A model generated the notes under the pieces. The model was not told the origin of the DNA, made no database searches, and worked only from the letters and a program-made list of their open reading frames with translations. This document shows, one piece after another, positions 37,950 to 45,931 of a stretch of 64,000 nt of DNA; position 1 is the stretch's first letter, and the number at the start of each line of letters is the position of its first letter. Source of the DNA: Candidatus Bathyarchaeota archaeon (GTDB lineage Archaea > Thermoproteota > Bathyarchaeia > Bathyarchaeales > Bathycorpusculaceae); NCBI GenBank assembly GCA_963811105.1, contig CAWEPZ010000011.1, positions 768,001-832,000 on the forward strand, read 5' to 3'. A program made the translations under genes and the position numbers.

Positions 37950-38534
37950 CTATGATAGTTTTTCAGGCGTCACCCAAGCGGGTTTGCCTTCCACTATCTC
38001 CCGCTCAGAAGGCATGGGATAGTGCAAGCCTAACGCTTCAAACAACCCCTGCTCGGTTTCCCCGGCGACTGCCACGCCATCCATGATTAGACCTTCGCTG
38101 TATTTGATTCGCATTCCTTTGGAAATGGCGCAGCCAGCAAGCCACATATTATGTTCCGCCGACCTCGTTCGGACAAGCAAATGAATGCCAAAAGTCGATG
38201 GTTGAGCATGGTAGAAATCAACTTGAAAAAGACCACCGTGACAAGGCAAGAATGCTTTTATGACACTGTTACCCTGACAGCTAGGTTTAGCCTTCAGGCG
38301 TCTTAGTTCTTCACTTATCTTTTGCCATTCAAAATCGCTCTTTGCGACCACGACAAAATCAATGTCATGCACCTTAGGTCTCTGCCGCCTGATGCTACCA
38401 GCAATTTCTATCTTGACACAATGAGAACATACAACAGTTTTTACCTGGTTCGCTACTTTTTCTGCATCTTTCAGGTCAATCTCGGCCAGTACAGGAACTT
38501 CGTTTTCTGGAAAAAGCGTGGATTGTTTCTTCAT
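37950..38534 (-). CDS. Minimal family X DNA polymerase (palm + C-terminal domain only)
   Basis: AGSIRR, HDIDFVV, QVDF, RTRSAEHN (canonical TGS) and LFEALGL.Y..PSERE. Lacks the 8-kDa and PHP domains. Confidence 0.82.
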   Translation of the reverse strand: MKKQSTLFPENEVPVLAEIDLKDAEKVANQVKTVVCSHCVKIEIAGSIRRQRPKVHDIDFVVVAKSDFEWQKISEELRRLKAKPSCQGNSVIKAFLPCHGGLFQVDFYHAQPSTFGIHLLVRTRSAEHNMWLAGCAISKGMRIKYSEGLIMDGVAVAGETEQGLFEALGLHYPMPSEREIVEGKPAWVTPEKLS

Positions 38535-38567
38535 AACGTTCGCCTTTCTTCAGTTGTAACGTGGATT

Positions 38568-38870
38568 TTATAGTTTGCTTTTCATCTCCGGTTGAGGTTG
38601 GGTGCATATTTTTTGCCAAATTACATCGTTTAGTTTGTACTCGAGTTCCCGCAACTTCATCTGCTGAGCCGACAGAATAGACAGCACCATAGGCTCAAAG
38701 ATTATGGGGTTACACGCTGCCCCGCTTGCCATCCCATTATCCCTGCGTATATCCATCAGCTCACCAAAGGCAATTCGTGCTTCCTCATTTGGCATAGCAT
38801 TTCTAAATCTTTTCCACCTATGAATCTCAAACTCTAAAGCCATACGGTAAGAAGGAACAGTCTTTCCCAT
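38568..38870 (-). CDS. Small helical protein resembling the PolB2-associated family (arCOG07300-like)
   Basis: MGKTVPSYR.ALE.EI.RWK.FR.A....R.AF.ELM...R....A.....P..FEP..LSIL pattern, recognised from memory. Confidence 0.65.
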   Translation of the reverse strand: MGKTVPSYRMALEFEIHRWKRFRNAMPNEEARIAFGELMDIRRDNGMASGAACNPIIFEPMVLSILSAQQMKLRELEYKLNDVIWQKICTQPQPEMKSKL

Positions 38871-38942
38871 CTATGTTAAGCCTCCACACAATTCGTTGTC
38901 TCAATCATAACCAATCACTTGGGGCTCCCGCTCTTAGTTTAG

Positions 38943-38984
38943 ACTGCTTAAAAAGAAAGCGAACAAACAACTCATTTAAGCAGT
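38943..38984. promoter_or_regulatory. Perfect 10-bp inverted repeat forming back-to-back TATA-like boxes of a divergent promoter
   Basis: ACTGCTTAAA (38943-38952), 22-nt spacer, TTTAAGCAGT (38975-38984). Confidence 0.55.
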
Positions 38985-38994
38985 GGAGAGGTAG

Positions 38995-39169
38995 ATGAAA
39001 ATAAAAAAATTGCTTTCGTCTGAACTGCTGGCTCAAATTCAGAATTTCATCGAAGAAAAGAAAGCAATTCGGCTACACCAGCAAAGAAGAATTTGTCCGC
39101 AAGGCCATACGCTACAGACTAACCTGGCTCAAAGGCGAGACAATTTGTGAACTTCATGTCAAATCTTAA
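38995..39169 (+). pseudogene. Frameshifted ribbon-helix-helix (CopG-like) regulator
   Basis: MKIKKLLSSELLAQIQNFIEEK, then a shift near 39060 to KQFGYTSKEEFVRKAIRYRLTWLKGE...*. Confidence 0.65.
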
Positions 39170-39454
39170 AGAACATTGTACCTTAGACACTCATATCGCA
39201 GCGTGCATATATATGGAAAAATAACATCTTTAGCTATGTTATTACCTATTAGTACAATAATCAGGTAACCAAAAGACTAGAATGACGAAACATCTCAAGC
39301 ATAAAGTGAGCTGCTAATATTGGTATTTACAGTTAAAATTTGAGATTGCCCCATGCCTTCTTGGTTCGAAAGCTCAATAGTAAATTCAGTGTTAATTCTC
39401 TTCTAACAAGTCTCCCAAAAAGAAAAAAGGGAAATGATTTTTTGACGAGCTGTT

Positions 39455-41998
39455 TTATGGTCGTTTTCGTAGGAGTAGTAAGCCAACTATTGCTACTGCG
39501 ATGATTATGGCAATCGCTGCTACTGCAATGGCGTACATTATTGGTGTGTTGTCAGCTTGTAAGGCGACTGTTGTGGGTGTTGGAGAAGTTGCTGCTGCTG
39601 CACCGACTGAAATAGCAGTTGATGCAGATGAGCTACCATAGGAATCGTCGCCTGCGAAAGAAGCGATAATCTTGTAGTCTCCTTCGATTGGTGGAGTCCA
39701 GGTCTTGCTGAAAGTTCCGTAGTATCCGTCTGTTGTAACGGTTCCAATGTTTTCAGAGTTGCCGTTAGAATCAAGCGCGGTTAAGGTCACTGGAACTCCA
39801 GTTATTGATTCGTTATGCCACAATCCATCGATCGGCCACTGTTTGTGCAAGTATGCCATCCACGTGCTCATAGATTCTTTAGATACGCAAGGTGTGCCTG
39901 GCTGAGCGGGAGACATATCAAGTACTGTGCCTTTTATCACAATACCGTTTCCTTTTGGCATTACAACGTCAGGCGCTGTAATTGCTGTTGCGCTTTTGCC
40001 CTTGCCGATGACGAACATGGTACCGGAATAGTGGTCGTCAATTGCGAGGTAACCGTCGGCCATGGCACCTTGAAATATCCTACTATCTACTCCTGATCCC
40101 GGCAAGTTCCATATTTCTTCACCTGTTGTGGCGTTGATGGCGAACCACTTCCATCCTCTTGTGATTGGCTCTGAGGGCGTGTGTTCACTATTGTAGGTAA
40201 AGATCTTCCCGTCGGCAACGTAAAGCGAACTGTGCCAAGAATATACGGTTGAACCATTTTGGTCTGTATAAGGTGTCTCATAAGGATCTGCTGGTGCTTC
40301 AAATTTCCAAACAATCTTTCCGTTGGTCCAATTGAATGCGTAAAGCGCTTCGTATGTTCCGCTGTAAATCATGCCGTAAGCTGATTCTGAACTGTAACTC
40401 CAGAAATCGCCCCATGGATTTGTTGTTTGTTCGCCTTGCCACAATTGTTTTCCTGTTAAAGCATCCCAGCATAACCATTGCCTATCTTCCAATACGCCCA
40501 TGGCTAACTTTCCGTTCTCAACAAGAACAGCTCCAGAACTGGTTTCAATTTTGTCAGTTGTAAAGTTCCATAACTCTTGGCCGGTTATCATGTTTGCAGC
40601 TCTCAGTTCTGTTCCAGTGAATGCGTTTCCTGATTCTGGCCTTACTGCGGCAATTGCTACTCCTGTGCCAAAGTCTTGAGTGTTGCCTAAGTCGGCCCAT
40701 GGCCAAGTTATGTTATTCACTATTCTTGCAGTGAAGGCGGTGGCGGTTCCAAGTGTTGTCCAGTTGATCAAACGGTATCCTCGCGTGCCGCCAAGGTTCT
40801 GCACCGTCAAGGCGTACCCGTTCATGTAGTACTTGCCTGTCGTCAAGGGAGCAATCGAGCCGTTGAAGGACAGGGCGCCATTGTTTGGATTATACTTTCT
40901 CAGATATCCGCCGCCTATTGACAAAAGCTGTGGTACAGTTGGTTTTGCTCCTTCGCCAGGGACCGCCAAACTCGACTCACCATATTCTATGAGGTTTGGT
41001 TCCGATTCACCTGAATATAGTGGTCTTTCCCAGAATAATTCTCCGGTGCGTATGTCATAGCACTGCCAATAATTTTGACTGCCTGGTCCATTTGGACTAA
41101 CTTTGCTAACCACTTGGTAAGCTCTTCCAGATAAGATCACCGATGGATAACCGCTATCACCCTCTATGGTTAGAGTCCCAGTATCCCCTCCAAGAAGACC
41201 TCCCAGACTATTCTCTCGTTTCCATACTATGTGTGCACTGTTTGGCGCTTGAACCCATGCAGCGAACCTAGCCAAAGGTTCCCTGGATATTCCCATTCTG
41301 TAGGTACTGGTGTTAGGGTAGAGTTCATCCCACATCGGACCTCCTCCTGGACCAAACCACGGAAAATTCCCTGCAATCGACCACCATTCTCTATATTCAG
41401 GAGGTATTGGTCTTGTCCAGTAGTCTGTTGGCAAAGGGATCGTAGGAAAAGAGGCAACCAAGTCTTTCTGCACGATAAGGGTTTCCTCTGGTGTGGAGCT
41501 TGGATAATAGTAGGCTGAGCCAAGAGCTGAACCCGTGTTGTTAGCGACGATGTATCCTTTAGAATAATTTCCTGCTGGAAAATACGTGCCTGGAAATTCA
41601 AATTTGATCTTCCATGTGCCAACTTGGTCGGCTGTGTATTCAAACCATGCAGTTGCATCTGCATCATAAGAATTCATCGTACGGATGTCTTTGGTTCCAT
41701 CTGGCTTTGTGATTGTTACTTTATATCCTGGTTCAAATCGGTCTACATGAATTGAAGGCGACGTCCATACGTTGACCAAGAAAGGCTGGCCGATCCCTAC
41801 GGGGTTAGGTCTAAAGCTGATAAACGCCTGAGTTTTTTCTGTGTTATCAACAGTTACGCCAGCTGGTAGTGGTCCGCTAACTGGTTGTTGAGCAGCAAGT
41901 TGAGCTTTGATGGGCATTGCTATCAGAGAAACAGAAGTTATCATTAAAATCATAACAACTATTGCAGATATTTTTGATTTGTCCAATGAAAAACGCAT
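39455..41998 (-). CDS. PQQ-like beta-propeller surface protein, array copy 6
   Basis: Family blocks present, GGTGA RBS before ATG at 41998, signal peptide ending IKA|Q, TM + RKRP. Confidence 0.85.
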   Translation of the reverse strand: MRFSLDKSKISAIVVMILMITSVSLIAMPIKAQLAAQQPVSGPLPAGVTVDNTEKTQAFISFRPNPVGIGQPFLVNVWTSPSIHVDRFEPGYKVTITKPDGTKDIRTMNSYDADATAWFEYTADQVGTWKIKFEFPGTYFPAGNYSKGYIVANNTGSALGSAYYYPSSTPEETLIVQKDLVASFPTIPLPTDYWTRPIPPEYREWWSIAGNFPWFGPGGGPMWDELYPNTSTYRMGISREPLARFAAWVQAPNSAHIVWKRENSLGGLLGGDTGTLTIEGDSGYPSVILSGRAYQVVSKVSPNGPGSQNYWQCYDIRTGELFWERPLYSGESEPNLIEYGESSLAVPGEGAKPTVPQLLSIGGGYLRKYNPNNGALSFNGSIAPLTTGKYYMNGYALTVQNLGGTRGYRLINWTTLGTATAFTARIVNNITWPWADLGNTQDFGTGVAIAAVRPESGNAFTGTELRAANMITGQELWNFTTDKIETSSGAVLVENGKLAMGVLEDRQWLCWDALTGKQLWQGEQTTNPWGDFWSYSSESAYGMIYSGTYEALYAFNWTNGKIVWKFEAPADPYETPYTDQNGSTVYSWHSSLYVADGKIFTYNSEHTPSEPITRGWKWFAINATTGEEIWNLPGSGVDSRIFQGAMADGYLAIDDHYSGTMFVIGKGKSATAITAPDVVMPKGNGIVIKGTVLDMSPAQPGTPCVSKESMSTWMAYLHKQWPIDGLWHNESITGVPVTLTALDSNGNSENIGTVTTDGYYGTFSKTWTPPIEGDYKIIASFAGDDSYGSSSASTAISVGAAAATSPTPTTVALQADNTPIMYAIAVAAIAIIIAVAIVGLLLLRKRP

Positions 41999-42456
41999 TT
42001 TTTTCACCAATTTGTTTCCTTGTACTTCTAGAAACGGCTTTTACTATATAACGTTTAATCCATAATACTTTGCATGATTTGCGAAAAGTGTGCAAAAATA
42101 TCTTCTTTCATGATTATGGATGAAAGAAGTATTATTCAATACATCGTCACTAAGATTAACATGATGGAACTTTATTATCAAGCGAAGCGGACATAAAAGG
42201 TTGCCAACCCCAAAAACCCACACGCGAACGACAAAGCGATTAAATGCAAGAACAGCGAATAGAACTTCGGTGGACGAAATAGAAAAAGAAAAGCATTGGG
42301 TAATCGCCCCCAACTTTATAAAGGGTTTTTTGGTGTGAAATACATTAACTTAGCAATCAAGGCACTTCATCTATTCTACATTTGAATTTTCTTCTACAAG
42401 AAAGAAATATTTAACGAGAACAAAAAAGGAAAAAGGAATTTGTTTCTTGTTTTGTT

Positions 42457-45069
42457 TTATTTTTTCTTCAGTAACAGCACACCGATTATAGCGATTGCAA
42501 TGATTATAGCGATTACTCCAGCGACAATGTACATTGCTAATGAATCAGTTGTGGTTTGTCCCAAGTTTATCGTATTAGTAGTTGGTGCTGTTGAGGCCTG
42601 CGCGTCAACGACGATGGCATGTGATTCTGCCCATGAACTGCCATAAGAGTTAGTGCCTGCAAAAGTTGCTGTAATCTGCCAGTTGCCTGCCATTGTTGGT
42701 GTCCATGCGAAGGCGTATGTTCCACTCACGTCACTTACTGTATTTCCAATGTGCACTGAGTTGCCATTGGGGTCGACTGCATCAATAGAGATTGGAACGC
42801 CAGTGATAGTTACGTTGTTGTATAACCCGCCGATTGGCATTTCCATATGTAAGTATTCCATATATGTGGTCATTGAAGCGTCTGATACGCATGCTTTTCC
42901 TGTTTGCGCTGGTGATTGATCTAAGACAGTCCCTGAAATGACTGCTTTTGCTCCTGTAGCTATTTGCATCTGTGGTACTGAAACTGTGGTTGCACTTTGT
43001 CCTTTGCCGAAAACATACATATATCCGTCATACGAGTTAGAAGCTGTTAAGTATCCGTCTGCAACTGCACCTGGACTCATTGAACCCGTTATGTTCCATA
43101 CACCTACACCTGTAGCAAAGTCAATAGCGAATAGTTTCCATCCTCTTACTAATGGTTGACTTGGCGTGTGTTCAGTGTTATATGCGAAAACTTTGCCATC
43201 AGCAATTGAAACTCCTGAAAAGAATGGATATACACTTGTACCGTTAGCGTCAACGTAAGGCGTTTCATATGCCGATGCCGGCGCTTCAAACTGCCAAGAT
43301 ATGTGTCCAGTTGCCCAATCTATAGCATAGATACCGTCATAACTTGAACCAATGATTTTACCGCTGTATGAAGAAACGCTGTATGCCCACCAGTCACCCC
43401 ATGGGTAACCTGTGGAGTCACTTGTCCAAAGTTTTTGTCCTGTTCGCCCGTCATAGCAGTTCCAATGTCTTCCTTGCATTGCGCAAGCTAGTTTTCCGTG
43501 GTCAACAACTAGTTCACTTGAGCTTTCACATGTTTCAGGGTCAGTTATGTTGAATAGCAACTTTCCTGTGTTTAGGTCTGCTGCCATTATTCTTGTACCA
43601 TAGAATGCGCCAAGGTTCGGGTATAGACTACTTGATAGTGTAGCGGAAATTCCTGCTTGATAGTCACATGTGCCTAGACTGCTAAATGGAAATGTCACAT
43701 TGCTGACTATTCTTGCGGTGAAGTTGTCAGTCACCAGTGAACCAAAAGTTACTCCGTTAACTTCTTCGGTTGAAGTGCTTCTCTCAATGGTCCATTTGAT
43801 TAAGCAATATTGGTTTGCAGTGGCATTTATTGTCTGTATGCTGTAGACAAAGGGGTCTGCGTAGAGTGTTCCTGCTGAAATGCCTGTTGAAGGTCCCGTA
43901 ACATTAAAGGTGACAGCACCTGTCAATGGATTGTAATAGATGATTCTTCCGCTTGCAGTTGTTGTAGGTGAAGTTATTGATACAAAGTAGACTGATACGC
44001 CCGTAGCGGCTTCTGCCCCTGGGACTTCTCCTATGCTCCGGTCATAATGAATTGCTGTTGGTGCTGACTGTCCTGTTGCCAAGGGAATCTGCCAGTATAT
44101 TTGTCCAGTTTGAAGGTCATAGCATTGCCATACACTTTGAGAAGTGGTTCCAGTTGAACTTGCTTGGGTTACTGTTTGGTAGCATCGTCCTTGGTAGATA
44201 ATGCTTGGACTTCCGCCTCCACTTGCCATAACATAATCACCGTTATCTCCTCCGAGCATTCCTGAGATGGCGCCTTGTCGCATCCAAACTATATGTGCAC
44301 TATTTGGTGCTTGAACGTAAGGAGTATAGTGATAGTTGCTAGCATAGGGGTTTGTATCTGCTGGTGGGTTGGTCATGGTGCCTGTGTATGGATAGTTGCC
44401 AAGAATTGATGCCCATTCTCTGTTCATTGGTTCTACTGGTCGGCTCCAATAGTCTGTAGGTAGTGCAGATGGTGGATATGAGAGAACTGGGGCACTTTGA
44501 ACTGTCAGTTTTTGTTCATTGGTAGAACAAGACGAATAGTATGCTGAGTCAAGATAGCGTTGTGCAGGTTCCGCATATCCTCCTGCGATGTTGCCTGCTG
44601 GGAAGTATCCGCCTGCGAATATTGCTTTGAATTGATATGTTCCAACTTGGTCAGGTGTGTATTGGAACCATGCCGATGCGTCTCCACCGTAGGTATGGAT
44701 GTTATCAACTGTCTGTGTTGTTCCGTCAGGTTCTGTTATGACAACTGAGATTCCTGTTAGATATCGGTTGTAGTGTGTTGGTGGGTTGAACCAAATGTTT
44801 ACTAGAAGTTGTTGGTTGACGCCTACTGGTTGGGGAGAGAAGCTTAGAAAAATCAATGTGTTTACTGTTATGTTAGCTGTAACACCTGAAGGTAGTGGTA
44901 TGCTTCCTTGAAGTCTAGGATTTTGGGCTGACGTTTCTCCAGAAAGATGAATATTGTTGTCCTGTGCTTTAACTGGTGATTGCATTACGAGAGTTAACGA
45001 GATCATCAATATTATCAAAGCGATTGCAATTGCGGTTTTTTTTAGATTTGTTGAAGATTTAATGTTCAT
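42457..45069 (-). CDS. PQQ-like beta-propeller surface protein, array copy 7
   Basis: Family blocks present, signal peptide ending VKA|Q, TM + KKK. Confidence 0.85.
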   Translation of the reverse strand: MNIKSSTNLKKTAIAIALIILMISLTLVMQSPVKAQDNNIHLSGETSAQNPRLQGSIPLPSGVTANITVNTLIFLSFSPQPVGVNQQLLVNIWFNPPTHYNRYLTGISVVITEPDGTTQTVDNIHTYGGDASAWFQYTPDQVGTYQFKAIFAGGYFPAGNIAGGYAEPAQRYLDSAYYSSCSTNEQKLTVQSAPVLSYPPSALPTDYWSRPVEPMNREWASILGNYPYTGTMTNPPADTNPYASNYHYTPYVQAPNSAHIVWMRQGAISGMLGGDNGDYVMASGGGSPSIIYQGRCYQTVTQASSTGTTSQSVWQCYDLQTGQIYWQIPLATGQSAPTAIHYDRSIGEVPGAEAATGVSVYFVSITSPTTTASGRIIYYNPLTGAVTFNVTGPSTGISAGTLYADPFVYSIQTINATANQYCLIKWTIERSTSTEEVNGVTFGSLVTDNFTARIVSNVTFPFSSLGTCDYQAGISATLSSSLYPNLGAFYGTRIMAADLNTGKLLFNITDPETCESSSELVVDHGKLACAMQGRHWNCYDGRTGQKLWTSDSTGYPWGDWWAYSVSSYSGKIIGSSYDGIYAIDWATGHISWQFEAPASAYETPYVDANGTSVYPFFSGVSIADGKVFAYNTEHTPSQPLVRGWKLFAIDFATGVGVWNITGSMSPGAVADGYLTASNSYDGYMYVFGKGQSATTVSVPQMQIATGAKAVISGTVLDQSPAQTGKACVSDASMTTYMEYLHMEMPIGGLYNNVTITGVPISIDAVDPNGNSVHIGNTVSDVSGTYAFAWTPTMAGNWQITATFAGTNSYGSSWAESHAIVVDAQASTAPTTNTINLGQTTTDSLAMYIVAGVIAIIIAIAIIGVLLLKKK

Positions 45070-45273
45070 TTGTTTTTCTCCTGAATTTAAAACGAAAGCT
45101 CCAAGGCTTTTCGTTATTGGAGCTTGCTGAGCGAAGTTGCTTATAAGATTTTGCTGAATGCCCCTTTTCGACTCATTTTCTGAAATATGTCCCGGAATTA
45201 TTAAAACTCGAACAGGTTAACACATAACTGAGGAGAAGACACAAAAAAAGTTTGTGGCACACAAAAGGGAGCC

Positions 45274-45813
45274 TTAGACGGTTGTGCGTATATCGTAGCT
45301 GACTATTGCTATTTCACCGTTGGCGATCGCTTGGTTAACTGCGTCGTGGGCAACCAAGAAATAACGTTGCGTGCCAGCGCTATCTATTTGTAAAATTGCT
45401 AATCCGACTTCTCTAATTGTTATGGTTTCGCCGCTTCCATTCACAAGCACTCGTGCGATTACTGTGTCAACGTTTGCGCCGACAACACCAGAAGAACCCA
45501 CTGCTGTAGCTTGATATTGTTGATTTGCGCTTGAACCTTGAGCAGTTAAAGTTTGCATAGCATAATCAAGCGACGCTGGCGCCGTTGTTCCTGTTCCCAC
45601 TAATATGCCATAGGTCGTAGTTGCTGCAGGCGTATTAGCCGCAGACTCATTACCCCACGTGAAACTTGCAGTTGCATAGCCTAGCTGTCTCAAAGTGTTA
45701 CCTGCATCTCTAACGCAAGATGAATTAGCAACTGGGTCAGAACTGCAGGTGATATGACTAGCATAAAAATTGAAGAGTACATCAACCGATCCTAAATTTG
45801 AGATGCTCGCCAC
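45274..45813 (-). CDS. Virus tail-fibre/tail-collar-like protein, probably 5'-truncated
   Basis: YGILVGTGTTAP...DY.M, R.L.N.SG.TITIREVGL and FLVAHD resemble head-tail virus tail-collar/fibre N-terminal domains. No other structural genes nearby. Confidence 0.55.
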   Translation of the reverse strand: MASISNLGSVDVLFNFYASHITCSSDPVANSSCVRDAGNTLRQLGYATASFTWGNESAANTPAATTTYGILVGTGTTAPASLDYAMQTLTAQGSSANQQYQATAVGSSGVVGANVDTVIARVLVNGSGETITIREVGLAILQIDSAGTQRYFLVAHDAVNQAIANGEIAIVSYDIRTTV

Positions 45814-45931
45814 GTAAGTAAGTAAGGGGCGAGTAGTTCACTTTTCAATCCAGAACCTAGTCAGCTCTAGGTTTTTTCGATCGATTATTAGACAAAGAAA
45901 AGAGAAGGTGGTTTGTTGTGGTCTGGTTTGT

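Noticed and set aside
42044-42340. 89-aa ORF / possible integrase remnant upstream of copy 6
   Set aside because: No tyrosine-recombinase catalytic motifs in any frame I read.
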